Shown piece by piece: positions 12,501-26,184 of a DNA stretch of 64,000 nt. Position 1 is the first letter of the stretch; every line of letters starts with the position of its first letter. The notes beneath the pieces were generated by a model that was not told where the DNA came from, did no database searches, and saw nothing but the letters and a program-made list of their open reading frames with translations. Origin of the DNA: the human T2T-CHM13v2.0 reference genome, Homo sapiens; NCBI RefSeq assembly GCF_009914755.1, contig NC_060927.1; one strand, 5' to 3'. The position numbers and the translations under genes are program-made.

Positions 12501-15129
12501 TGGCAACAAAATTTAAAAAAATAAAAGCCCAAACCAAACAAACTTAAACAGGATTCTTTTAAAATTTGTCCTTTATAGCTCTTATTTCTAATTTGAAATT
12601 GAATCCTGAAGGGAAAGATTCATGATGGGAAAGACTCATGATATTAACTAATAGTTGCAGAAAAATTTGTTTATAGCAATATAAGAGTTCTTAATATACA
12701 TATTCACTCCAAAAAAAGACCACTTTGCTTTAAGTCAGTTCTTGCTCCTCTCAGTACACTGTTACACTCACTTCCCATAACATTTTCTCCTTCACAACAC
12801 TTACCATAGGTTAAAATCATACATGATAATTTTAAAAATTTTAAAAAATGTAAAAGAATAGTATCTACAATTTAATCCCTCAATCATCTATTTAGCTTTT
12901 TTGCATTTAATAAAATGCAATTTCTTAGTCACAAAAATATTTGTTAGTTCTTCACTGGCAACATGAGGCAAGAAAAAAAATGGAAGGAACACGCGGATAG
13001 GACTGTGGACCCAGGTGACAAACGTGAGACAGAAGGTATGCTGCAGAGTCAAAAGAGAGCATGGAAGAGCATAAATTCTTGTTCGGTCATTACGGGGGAA
13101 GATAGCAGGCTGAGATATTAAATGATTTTTGTTTGCCCATTTTTAAAGAAAATGTTAAGGAGATTCTCATTTGCTAAATGTCTTTGTAAACAGACAAGAG
13201 AAACAGATGAGAACTATTAGATCAAATCGTGGTTATTGTACAAGATGTTCTATACCTAATAGATAAACAAGACGTGGAAGAATTACCGGGACCAGATGGC
13301 AGCTCTTATGTCCTGTCATATGTACCATTTTCCTCTTCAAAATAGAGATGAAGCACAAAAATGTGTCTGAGTTTAGTTTAATTGCAAGTAGCTGGGGAAA
13401 GAATACATAAGTCAATTTCTAAGGCTGCCATTTTGTACCACTATTGCATTTGGAAATAAAGACCCAATAGAAATGTCACCTCATATCAAAATCTTCTATA
13501 ACTTTCATAACCACAAAATTCAGTCCAAAAACAAAATAAAGTATTTCCACACGGAACCGATACTTAATCATATAATAATCAAAATAAAGTAAGCATTTGC
13601 AGTACATTTGCAATTAAATATAATGCCAATTTACAATATAAACACAGAGTAAATTTGTACTTTTTCCTTCATTTTTAATATGAGATTATTCAATTCTAGT
13701 TCTGATATTTCCAGCCAGAAGGGATCTAGACAGCTGGTTGAGTGAGTCATTCCAAACATTCTGAGAAACAGCCTGAGATTCATTTGCTCTTTGCTTATGG
13801 GGATATATTAATGAATCTTCAATCCTGCTCTCACCGTCCCCAATGGCCATAATGCATTTGTAGAAAAATCAGGTTTACATAGCAGAAAGTCTTCTGTCAA
13901 TAGTATTAAACCTGCTGTTATTTATCTTCCTAGTCTTGAAATATTGAAGGGAGGGACAAAGAAGAAAAAAAGTAAAGAAGGTTACACTTGATTAACAATA
14001 AAATATAGGATTATCTTTCAGTTTTCTTTGTTTTTGTTTTCTTTGTAGTTGTTATTCACAATTGTGAAGTTGAATCCTAATGAGGAAGGCCATGATATTA
14101 GCCAACTGTTCTGGAAAGATGTGGTTATGCTAATTGAAGTAATTTGGACATGCATATTCACTCTTAAAAAATGGCAACTCTCTGTTTTCCTTAACTTAAT
14201 TATGTCTTCTCTTAAGAGATTGTATGCTGCCTTTTTGCTTTGGTATGGCTGGATATTCTGAATCATTTCTTAATATTAAGATTATTATCTGAAATAACAC
14301 TAGACAGCAGATGTCTTGATTGAAACATACAAACAAAAGATTGGGAGGCAGCCAGAAGCAGGACTTCTAAAGCAGATCATACTTTGTCCAATGCTTAATC
14401 AAAAATAGCTACTGTTTTTATTTGGCCTGTGAGTGATTTTATGATTTACTAGGGTTTGCATTGTGAAACAGTAAAGACTGTAAGATGAAAATTTGAGGGA
14501 GAAGAGCAGAAATAGTGGGTAAGCCTGGGAGGGTGAAAACTCAAGAACAAGACTGGGAGAGTGCAGGAGAAGCTCTTACATTGTATCCTATCATATTGTT
14601 CTGTGAATTGTGTCCCCGCAGTTGTGCAATGCAGAAACTACAGACAAGGGGATTTCCCTTGGGGTCTTCACCATTCTATTTATCAAGAGCCAAGGAGAGC
14701 AAACGGATGTGGTGGTGAGGAGTCCAGAGACTGTTGCATCTTTTTTTCTCTTTTGTCTTTGACTTGATGAAAGAACATGCTGAACTAGGGGTACACATAT
14801 GGTGTGATCTAAGAGAAACAGGGAGGAAAATACAAGCTAAAAATCAATATAGTCCCACCCTATCCAGATCACTCTTAGTTTAATTCCTAAACACTTTCCT
14901 TGGTAGGGGCATTTATTCTAATTACAATTAAATGATGTTATGATGTTAAGAGAAACTTTCTTTTGGTAAATTGAAAGCCCCACTGCTTAATGTCTATTTT
15001 GGGGAGGTTAAAGTGATAGCGCTGGGATGGGAGACAAATAATGGAAAGACATAGAAACACTACATGTATCCACTTCACCTTGTGACTACGGACAAGCTTC
15101 TGAAGGCACAATGATCATACTACGTTCAT

Positions 15130-15990
15130 TCAGTTTTATTTCTGCAAGTTCCCTTCTGTCTCTTCTATTTTATTCTCTCTGCCATTGCAAGATTTTTTTC
15201 TGTCCTTTTTAAAACAAAACAAAACACAACAGGCTGTGTCTCAATCTGTTGCCTGGGCTAGTGTGTAGTGACATGATCATAGCTCACTGCAGCCTTGACC
15301 TCCCAGGCTTAAGTGGTCTTCTCGTCTCAGCCTCCTGAGGAGCTGGGATTATAGGTGTGAGCCACTGTGCCAGGCCATGATGTCCTTTTTGAATTGTGGC
15401 AAAATTTTCTCCCTTTTCTGGTCCTCAAATCTTCTTCCACAGTGCTACCTTTGTTATTGTCCTAAAAGGAAGGTTCGATAGTTACTGCCACCATCAAATA
15501 CCTCAATGCCTCCATTCTGTTTATGGAAACAAGTGCTAATTACCTCACTATTCAGTCAAGACTCCAATGACTTGGTTTCCCTTTAGCATGCCTTTCCCAA
15601 CAACTCTCCATGAGTGCCATGTTTTAAATACACTGGATCATTTACCATTCTCCAAAATGCACATTGAAAATTCTGTGCCGTGATTGTGTCAATCCTTCAT
15701 TTTGGAATTCCCTTCTTTTTTCATCAAATAGCCAAAGCATCCCTCTATCCCTCTTCTATCTTTGAAGCCTTCCTCATGCCAACAGCTGGAATTAAATGCT
15801 CTTTGCATGCTTCTTGAGAACACCATGACTTACATCTGGGTTGCAGCACTTTTCCATTCTTCATTGTATTGTTGTTTGTCATTGTATGTGAATCTATGTA
15901 ATTAATTTAAAGTTTCTTGGAATAAGGTTCTTACCTTATTCTTCTCAGTATATCTACAATGTTTTTCATGTAATATTCTCATTGAATAGT
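15130..15990 (+). mobile_element. L2 element 3' region (interrupted by an Alu monomer)
   Basis: Successive L2 motifs ending AAGTTTCTTGGAATAAGG...TCTTACCTTATTC...ATATTCTCATTGAAT. Confidence 0.6.
15229..15376 (-). mobile_element. Alu monomer (FLAM/FRAM-type), TSD TGTCCTTTTT
   Basis: GTCTCAATCTGTTGCCTGGGCTAG...ATCATAGCTCACTGCAGCCTTGACC...GAGCCACTGTGCCAGGCC; 10-bp repeat at 15201-15210 and 15381-15390. Confidence 0.85.
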
Positions 15991-16284
15991 AGGTAAAAGA
16001 CCAGATAATTAGTTAGCAAGAGTAAATTTATATGTAAGTTTATTTCACGAAAACTAAATGTAATTAGACATAAGGATCACATATCTTCATGGAGGTAAAA
16101 TTTCCTCCGAGTTGGGATCATCAATATTTAATACGGGATAAAAAATTTAAGTTAAATGAAAGTCTTCCTAAGGTGAACATTCAGGCTTTCACTAAAGATG
16201 ATGGACTTTTAAGGGCTGTGGGAACCTATTCCAGGGTCCATGCTCATGCCACATGAGCAATCTTTTGGGGATGACTGCAGTAAA

Positions 16285-16490
16285 GGGTGCAGAGATTAAG
16301 AACACGGGCTCTGGGGCCTGATCTGAGTTTAAATCCTGCAGTCATGCCTTCCTAGCTTTGTGACATTTGGCACATTGCTCAACCTCTCTCTGGGCACAAT
16401 ACCACTTACTTTGGGAATTATGGTAAAATACTATATGCATCAATTGCTTTCCATAGGGCTTGACACAGAATAAGAGTTGCATTTACTAAA
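16285..16490 (+). mobile_element. MIR SINE
   Basis: TTAAGAACACGGGCTCTGG...GTTTAAATCCTG...CTAGCTTTGTGACATTTGG...AACCTCTCT. Confidence 0.75.
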
Positions 16491-19400
16491 TAGTGAGTGA
16501 TTTTTTTTGTTTTGGTCTGAGAATGATCATGCTAATCTGAGTAAACTTTTAAGGCTTTTAAATCTTGAATGCATCTTCATTTCAAAGAAGTATAATGACT
16601 GGAAATGTATGATTTTACTTTATCCTTGGTCAGTTGGACCTAAGTATTTTTAAATAAAACAAATTTATCAACTCTACATGTGGAGGTAGAACAGAAATTC
16701 TAGTGAGTAACAAACAATGGATTCAAGTCTGAATAGTTAAGAGACTTAAAAAGAGGAAATACATGAAAACACACATGTGACTATTAAGAATAGACTTTTC
16801 AAGTAAAATAACAGGAAGATAATTTGACTTGTTCACTAGTTATGTCAGAGAATAAAACACAGAATTGTACTGATTGGGCTGAGTTGTCAATTTCCTTTCC
16901 TTCTGATTCACCCCACAAATTCCATATCAACCATCACTTATTGAGTAACTGCACTGTGTTCAGAGCTTTAGGCACACACAAAAAAGGAGAATATTCCTAC
17001 CTAAACCCTACCATCTATTAGAAACACATTTTTGAGTAAAAAAAAAAAGCACTTGTTTTTCAATAAAATTATCTTTACTCACAATTCACAATGCTTTAAA
17101 TAGAAAGCTTCCTCTCCGCAAATATAGGATGAAGCTTTGATACATAAATTCATTTTATATGTTTTGATGAAGAAGCAACTTAATTACACTTTCAAAGAAA
17201 AGAACTGCAAACATATGACTGCAATAATTAGGACTCAAATATTATAAGCCATTTAGAAATAATGCCGCCTTGCATTTTCAATGACACTTAACTAGTTTAC
17301 TCATCTACATAATTTTTTACATCAATTTTTACATTTAGTCATCATGACTTCCCTGTAAAGCAAGTACATTTACCCTCTTTTTATTGATGGGTGGGCTGCT
17401 GCTTAGAAGTAAAGCCATAATATTTGCCAACAAATCACATTTAGAACAATTATTTAAACAAAAGAGTCAGGAATGAAAACGTGGTCCAGTGCCTGTGAGG
17501 AGAATTCCAGATTTTGGAGTCCTACCCCATTGTCTACTGCTTCTAGTTCTGCATCTTAAAACCCAAAATAAAAATAAAGTTTTACCTAGCAGGGGCTGAT
17601 TATCCAAAGAGTTAGATTAGTAGCTATAATATTTCATATATTCTACTTGTAAGTTTTTCAATAACTCAGAATTTAATATGCTTACTACAACAAGCAAACT
17701 GAATATATTTTAAGTTTATGTGACATACAATGCCTTCTATCCCTTGGTTGTATCTCAATATTATCTCAATAGAAGGAATAACAAATCAAGTTGAATCTGT
17801 TTTTTGTCAAAGGTTGGATGTTGCTTTTAGTATCTTCCAATATTAGTATATTTATTCCACTCTTGTTTTTTAAACATGGAGTTAAAACATGAAACTAAGA
17901 GATTTTTGCCTTCTATGCTAGTTAATAGAAATGTCTAGTTAATAGAATGCTAAGTAAGCCTGGTTTTGCCTTATTTGATTCACAACCATTTTTAGAAATA
18001 TGGGGGGATAATGATTACCCAAGCAAACTTCCTGGCAATACTGCATTCAAGTTATTCCTACATGACCTCATTTTGCTTCTAACTTAGAAATCAAGAAAAG
18101 AAAAGAAATTTAGAGGTCATGTGGTCTACCCTCTTTTTATATTTAAGGAGAGTTATATGCAGAAAGGAAAAGCAATTTATTAAACACCTAAGAACAAGTT
18201 ATTCCAAATTCTTTTGAACTGTTTGAAGGTTGAGGACGGCCCTTTTATTCCAGCCATGTATTTCATATGCTGCACATATAATAGGGTTGACAGTGGTAGA
18301 GGTCAACAGTACTTTTAAATAGAGGGGTTAGGAAGTTATCTTTCAGTAGGTGGCATCCTCGGATTAAATGCAATACTTCTTATTTGGCAGTGGTTTGACC
18401 TTATCAGTGTGTCTACTTTAAATGGTACTTTCCTCACAGATAGTTTCAAAACATCCATAAAGGTCCAAACTTTGCATTGTATATAATTTATAGCCTTTTC
18501 ATTGATTTATGTTTATGATTATTATCTTATTTAAAGGTTTGAAACTTTCTATTATGAAGTGGCTGGTTTTAATGTATTATGTTAACCACTTGATTTTCTA
18601 GCTTACTCCTCTAATTTTTCAATCAAATATATTTTACTATTTATTTCAATCTTCATATATTTGGACAGAAGCACTAAAAGAAAACAAAACTCAAAATGAA
18701 ATCTCTTTATTCTGATAAAAAATTTGCTTGAAAAGAACAGTAGCCATTGCCAATATGATGCTTATATTTTACTTTCTGTAACTTACACTTACCCAAATTA
18801 TCTCCATTCATTTTGCAATATAAAAATAAAATTGATTTAAAGACAAATGACACATTTTATATTAGTCCTTCCTACTGGGCTGAGGAAAGGAGGTGGATGC
18901 CTATAGCCATTACAATAGTGGATACAAATATAAAACATGATTAGTTAAGGTCAGGATAGTGTAATCAGGAATTAGATGTTTGCATACCTCGAAGACATTA
19001 CTATATTGAAGTGAATTGGTTTGGTCAAATAATACGTAGACCACTAGGCTTCATTTTAAAAGTAATTATTTACTGTTTGAAAGCCAGCACACATCAAAAT
19101 AACATTTGGAATCTTAAACAGCCTTAATTTTTTAATATATGCAAAGTTTAAAGAATTTTTTTTTAAATTGAAGGCAAAGGAAATGCTGTGTCAAATGAAT
19201 CTCTTAATAGTATTGTAGATAGGGAAATATGTGAACACAGTCATGGAGCATTTCAATCAAAGGTTTAAATTTAATTCATTTCTATGTAGCATCCTTCAAA
19301 TACTGTTTTCTAGTGAAATATAATGTAATGAGATAAAGCTTTTATGAGATTGAGTGAAACTTACTCAAGCATCAAGACAGAATGGACTCAAGTCACTGGG

Positions 19401-19729
19401 TTCTGAGTTATAATCAGCAATGTTGTCATTTAAAGTGGTAAAATGTAAATAAATTACTTGTACACAATTATAGGAGAGGAAAAAGTCAAGATGAATAACA
19501 GGAATTGGACAAATAGGGATAAGACTTTATTTGAAATTAAGTGAATAAACTAGATATACCCAAATTCAATTAGGTCTTAATTGGAAAAAAAACTTAAAGG
19601 TATAAAAACAAAATAAATTAGAAGTTGCAGAACTGCTACACTGAGAACTTTTTCAGAAAATTATGTAAACTGTGATTTTTCTTTGACTAGGAAGATCTAA
19701 CAATATTCTAATTAATTGATTAATGGATG

Positions 19730-19980
19730 GATCCATTCTCATTCCATCATGAAGTGCCTATTAGGTGCCAGCACTGTTTTGGCAAAGAGTGGAAGTGATA
19801 AGTAGAGCAGTGAGCAAATGTCATGTCTTTATGAAGCTTACATTCTACTAAGGAAAACAAATAAATAATTCATGAGAAAAATTCCAATTATTTTCACTGT
19901 GATTAAGGAGACAAACTATGGCAGATATATTACTAACTGGTGGAAGAGACTCTGAAGAAAGGTTTCACTTTGAGTTATGA
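19730..19980 (-). mobile_element. L2 3' end
   Basis: CATTCTCATTC...GTGCCTATTAGGTGCCAGCACTGTT...ATGAAGCTTACATTCTA is the reverse complement of the L2 terminus. Confidence 0.7.
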
Positions 19981-20978
19981 TAATGAGTGATTTACACCTA
20001 ATTAGCAAATAAAAATAAAATCCTTAAACAAGTTACTTTGTGTATGTAGTAAAAAATTTAGAGACAGAGAAAAAGGAATAAATGTCATAAATGAAATATT
20101 CAGGTTAGTAGGCAGATTCAGAGTACATGAAAATTCTATCAGTGAAGGGAAAGAATGATTCCCCTGTTTTCATTGCACCCAAGAGTTCAGATGTTCTCAG
20201 AATAGAAGTGGACAGTATTACTGAATTGCAGAAAGAGTTCATATGAGCTCTGATAAATCCTTACATATTCTTGCTGAGTAGACCTGCACAAGTTTTCATC
20301 CCACTTCTCTTTATTTTTCACACAGACCTTGGGTTTATATGCTCTCTCAACAAAATTTCACTTGTACCTTTAAGGGGTATTTCTTCTTCTTCAACATGGT
20401 TTTTGCATTTCTCCATTTTCCAGAGTAAATGCCACTCCCAGCCCCCCAACTATGACCAAAGTAGCCCATCACAAGGAAAAGAAAAATGAATCGAGAAGAC
20501 AATGATTGTGATTTCTCTAAGGATGTCTTCATTCCTGTTTTAGTGATCCTTTTAGGTTAAAACAGCACAGCTGGGTAGGAAAAAGTACAGGTAAGAAAAT
20601 ATGGAGTACCTAAAATGAGGGCTTCAGCAACTGGGCTGGATTTCCACTTTTCCCCCTGAAAACAAATGTGAGCAAGGAGCACAAGCAATTATCATGAAAA
20701 ATCATAGGGCTGTGCTTTTCTGTTGTAAAGAATTGAAACGGGGTCAGGATTGACCACCTTTATTCACTCTCAGGATTTCTCTGGGAAATCTGCCGCCAAG
20801 ACTTCTGGCTCTTTTATAATTTTATGTTTTTGTTTCCATGATTGGATATTACCTGAAGGCAAGGAAAGCTCGTAAGGAGAACTGGTGGGTCCTATATGGT
20901 AACATTCCCCTTGTGAGACCAGAATTAAGCAATATTGGTATTTTAAAACAAAGACTAATAGTAATAATAATGTAGCAT

Positions 20979-21412
<434 letters not shown>

Positions 21413-22030
21413 CTACTAAGGTTGAACTAAGGGAAAAGAGCTGAAGGTAAGAAAACAAGCTCTTGATTGAGGGATAAAGGTGAATCAAGAAGGCAAATTG
21501 GTTTTGTTTAGTTAAGAAGATTAATGAGATAAAGTCAGGAAAATCCTATAGTTTTATATGTACATTAAGTAATTCTTATGTTAGAGATCAAAAGAGCAGT
21601 ATAGCAGTACAAGTAAATGAGCCTGGCGAGCAGTTCTCTGGAGAAAAATATGAGCTGTGTGTATTGCAATGATGATAGAGGAATTTAAAAAGTGCATGCA
21701 GTCTCCCAGTATCGAATTGAGCTCACCAGGTACAGTTTGTACTGGCATTCCACTATTTGTCAGTATCTGTTAATGACATTCTAGAAAAGACCCACTTTTT
21801 TTGTGGCATTTTCCCGGCTAGAAAAAGTGTTTGAGCCATTTTAACGACTATACTTTTGAAGCCACTGCTACAGTCAGAAAACTATCCACAAAGAGCAATG
21901 TAGCTAGGCCACAAAAATCTGTTTTGGGTATGTATTAATCAGTATACGGAGCCTCTTGGATCAGTTCAAGATAATTATAATTTTATTTCTCATTTATTTC
22001 CAACTAGGTCCTTATAATAAAACTACTTAC

Positions 22031-22178
22031 CTGCTACTGATTCCATAATCTCAGCCAAATTCTTAATTGAAAAGTAACTAACTTGCCCTAAATGTTACTT
22101 AAGCATAGAGTCCTTACTTTAAGAGGCTGGTGTTACCCTGTCCTTGTGGAACTTTTGAAACACATGTAGCCTTATTTT
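22031..22178 (-). other. Candidate non-coding exon, minus strand
   Basis: Perfect donor CAG|GTAAGT and acceptor CCTTATTTCTTCCAG (alternative acceptor gives a start at 22259); stops in all frames. Confidence 0.22.
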
Positions 22179-23928
22179 CTGGAAGAAATAAGGTAATTTT
22201 AAACTCCTCCCAGTGACTTTATTTTGCTTCTCTATCACGGCCACATCCATACTATTTCTCTGAAACATAGAATCTAAGTGAAAAGGGTGTGTGCCCCATG
22301 CACATTTCAGCTTCAAGGCCAGTGCCTTAGCATTCCACTCCCTTCTCCTAATGAGATTGCCACTCACAAATGTCTCTTATGTAGAAATTTGTGAGACACC
22401 ATTTGGTTAAGTAACATTCGGAATGACAAGTTAAAATTCTGTTCAGAACCTCCTGCTCCAGGAAAACATTTTATGGTTATAAAATCATAGAGAATTTTAT
22501 GGTCAAAAAAATGAAGACAAATACCCGAAATAACTTTCACTTACCACAAAGGCATTATTTATGCTAAAGAAAAAGATTTCTTCAGTGTCAAACCCTCTTT
22601 ACAACATTCTTCTCTTTGTATAATGCATAAATGTGTAGTGGGCTCATTTTAACTGCTTTTCAGAAACTGAATATCACTTAGTAGTAAGAAAAAAATACAG
22701 TATCAATACCACCAGAGAGAAAAACAGAAAATACAAGAAAAATAACTCCAGTGAAGAGCTAAAGGAACGGGAGGTATTTCTGTCTCTCTGTAATCTTGCT
22801 TGCTGCCTTCCCACCAAGGCAACTGAAGAAACCTGCCAGAGATTTCACTGCACAGGGAAATTTTAGAGATGAGGAGCCACTTCAAATTGACACAAGACTG
22901 TTTCATCTGTCAGTCAAGGTATGAGGTGCACAGTGAAATAGCAACAATGTCACTGAAATTATATTCCTTTGCTCCAAGTACATAAATATCTTATTCCTTT
23001 TTTTAAAATTATTTTCTTATATACATACTTTCCTAGGTATAAAATTGTATATTTTTCTAGTTGCTCCCAGATCACAATAAATACCCAAATCTTCCATGAT
23101 TCATTGACAAATTGTTTCCTAATTCAAAAGAAAAGTACTGTAGTTAAAGGTGACAGTTTGTATTACATGCAGTGAGCAAGTGCAACAACTTTTTAACCAT
23201 CTCTGGATGATGTGACAGAAGCAACGTCTGTAGTACAGGAAAGAGGAAAAGCTTCCATTTTAAACCTGATGAACTTTATATTGTATGAAGCTGATTCAGT
23301 GTCACTCGGGCTTCTCGTAGCTGAGATAAAAACGGGGTTTTATTACACATGTGTGAAGAAATGAAGAAGAGTGTGTACAAATGTTTGTTGACTCTATAAC
23401 AATATTATGACTCAGGAAAAGGAAAAATCTTTATATGCCAAAAGGAATTCAAAGCTAGAGAAAAGTGAAAAATTTATCATAACAATATCAAAGTCACAAG
23501 GTAATTTCACATATACTCATGAACAAGCTGCTTCAAAGAGTGTACCTAAACAATGCATCAGAAGATGACAGAGGGATTGAAAGGAATAAAATCTGTAAAA
23601 GCATTAAAGATAGCATAATCAATCAAAAGATTTACTTTCTTTTATTTTTTCCCTGAGATAGGAAAAGATCATCATCATCATGCTTGCCCTTTGTTGAACA
23701 CTTCTTGTATGCAAAGCAGTGTGCTAGCGAACACCATTTATTACTCTCTACAAAGGAAATTAGACACCTTGCTTCCAGCTTTCACAGACTAGCTTTAATA
23801 GGGTTGTCAGGACAAAGTCAAAGTCATCATAGGAAATACTTAAATGAAGTAAGTAGGTCAATATATGGTTGATTCCTGTGCATTTGTATGAAATGGGATG
23901 AAGTCTGCCCATCCATATTGCCTCTAGA

Positions 23929-24129
23929 GGTGACAATTATGCTTGCCTCATCCACAAAAAAAGGAAACAAAACACAATCTCATAAATCTATTAATTAAAC
24001 ATATGTTTTATGATATCTGCTGTGTATTTGGTGACAATTATGCTTGCCTCATCCACAAAAAAGGAAACAAAACACAATCTCATAAATCTATTAATTAAAC
24101 ATATGTTTTATGATATCTGCTGTGTATTT
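23929..24129. repeat. Tandem duplication, 101 + 100 bp
   Basis: GGTGACAATTATGC...GCTGTGTATTT twice, identical except A7 vs A6. Confidence 0.97.
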
Positions 24130-24557
24130 AACTTTGTGTAAAACCTATTCCAGTCTTCAAAACTTTATATCCAATTGAGAAGAAAAACTTAAAGATCAAT
24201 TAAATGGCAACCCAAGACAAGTAGGTACCTCCCCAATGTTGAAAGGAGTTTAGTGCTATTGGCAATGAGAGGAAGGCTCTATCTTTAGGGGTGTGCCTAA
24301 GAGTTAAAATAAGATTATAGTACTCTCTCATCCACTGGGTGCTTTTTAACATCTACTCTTTGGAAGATTTTGAGCTTTATGGGGTATAGATTGGTTTTTA
24401 TTATAACGAGAACCCTTTCTGAAAAACAATGAAATATTTGTTATGCTATTATAGTATTAAAGCTATGAGGCAGTTTCACATACGCCCAGGAACAAGCTGC
24501 TTCAAAGTGGGAAAAAAGAAACAGGAGTGGATGAGAATATTTGTTGTCAACAAAGAG

Positions 24558-24647
24558 ACAAGGACCATTTAGTAAATAATACATAATACAAGGACCATTT
24601 AGTAAATAATACATAATACAAGGACCATTTAATAAATAGTACATAAT
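24558..24647. repeat. Minisatellite, 30 bp x 3
   Basis: ACAAGGACCATTTAGTAAATAATACATAAT twice exactly, plus a third copy with 2 substitutions. Confidence 0.97.
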
Positions 24648-26184
24648 AATGGGGTTCTGCTATGTACTTAGAACCTATGCTATTGCTCCCCAAGATGACC
24701 CTTCTCGCTGGCCATCATGGTTTCTTCCACATTCCCTCATGTGTTGTCACCATCAAGTTTTTACTCCTATGGCTACTTTTCCACCTTAAATCACGGTAGT
24801 CCACTATTTTTCCTTGGGGACTTTCTGCAAGAAACTTGAATGTGCCCATTTTTCCTTAATACTGTGTCTGTCAGTAGCAATTTCTGCTACAATATATTAC
24901 CCTCGAATTACTTTAATCGTTCTAGTTCTTTTCCCCAAACATACTGCAATTAGTGAAGGATAGAGAACAAGTCTACCTCATGGTATCCCCACAAAACTTG
25001 ATTCAGTGCTAGTATACAAAGGAAACATATAAATTGATTGAATAGATGATAACTGAACAGAAATTGGCAAAACAAATGTTAGCCCAGAATTCCTTCAAGA
25101 TTATTAAAACTGTAATATATCATAAATAATTGTATCTTCACCAGAAATTCAAGTTAAGATTACAGCTGGTAAACTCAGAGCCACCTTTTGGGCTTTTTCC
25201 TAAACCACTGAAATTTCCATAGGGATCTACAGCAAAACGGAAAACTCAGTCCCCATGCCACGTTTTCAATCAGTATGAGCACTATGTGGCTTTGCTGGTG
25301 GAACCCTATTCCTTTTTGGCTTTTCTGTTTTTATGTGGGGGTTAATAATTTTGATATACATAGAAAGAATAGTTCAGCAAAGGGCAATGAGAAGGGTAGA
25401 AAAAGATGGCATTTTGATTATATGCCCAGAAGAGGAAACAAAGCAATGGAAAATTTTTATTTAAACTGTCAATTCTCTGATAAAATTAAGAGTTTTTTTA
25501 ATTGGATAGTTTGAAGAAAAATACAAAAGAACTTTTCTAGAATACAAACTATTATGTCTCTATGGTCTTTAAGTGTCAACGATGAGTGTGTAAAGGCAAA
25601 TAAAAGCATTACTGTCCTTAACTTGTAAAATTGATTGTGGACTTCATTACTTAAACCAATCCCTGACTCTCCTATCTTATTACTATTTGTGCTCCTCTTT
25701 TATTTTTTCCTTTACTTAACCTTTAGGCCATCTACCTCCCTTGCTAAATGTAAAATTACTTTTCTTAAAAGTCTCAATATTGTGAGGTGGAGGCCTATTA
25801 TAAGCAACTGGAGAGGACAATCTAACCAAAGGAATGAGGTGCTTCAAGTTCACCAAGAAATACATGCAAAGGCTCTTTGCAAAGTATCTATGCAACACTC
25901 TGTACACACATTCACCATAAATGCAATCATAATGTCTTAATAACTTCTTAGCTAACATCATTTTGAATTTGTTAGATATTTGGGTTATTTTCACAACCAT
26001 TTTAAGAATGGTGAATATTTCCAGATAGTGTGGTAAACGTTGTTTTACAATCACCTTAGCTTCCCATAAAGGGTATTCAAAAGAGGGGGAAGGGATAAAG
26101 TATCTTAATACATACAGGATTAAAACAGTTTACATTTGAATTAAATGTAATACATGCATATGGCACACACAGATACAATGTGGA

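Noticed and set aside
18343-18357. CTCF-like motif TCAGTAGGTGGCAT (also CCACATGGTGGCAT near 31665)
   Set aside because: Each has mismatches at core positions; cannot be supported without a PWM scan or ChIP data
21590-21800. Possible CR1/L3 or coding-like segment
   Set aside because: Similarity too weak to call by eye and no sustained open frame
24441-24647. Repeated peptide MYYLLNGPCI x3, or a CRISPR-like array
   Set aside because: Simply the 30-bp tandem repeat: no spacers, no cas genes, eukaryotic context
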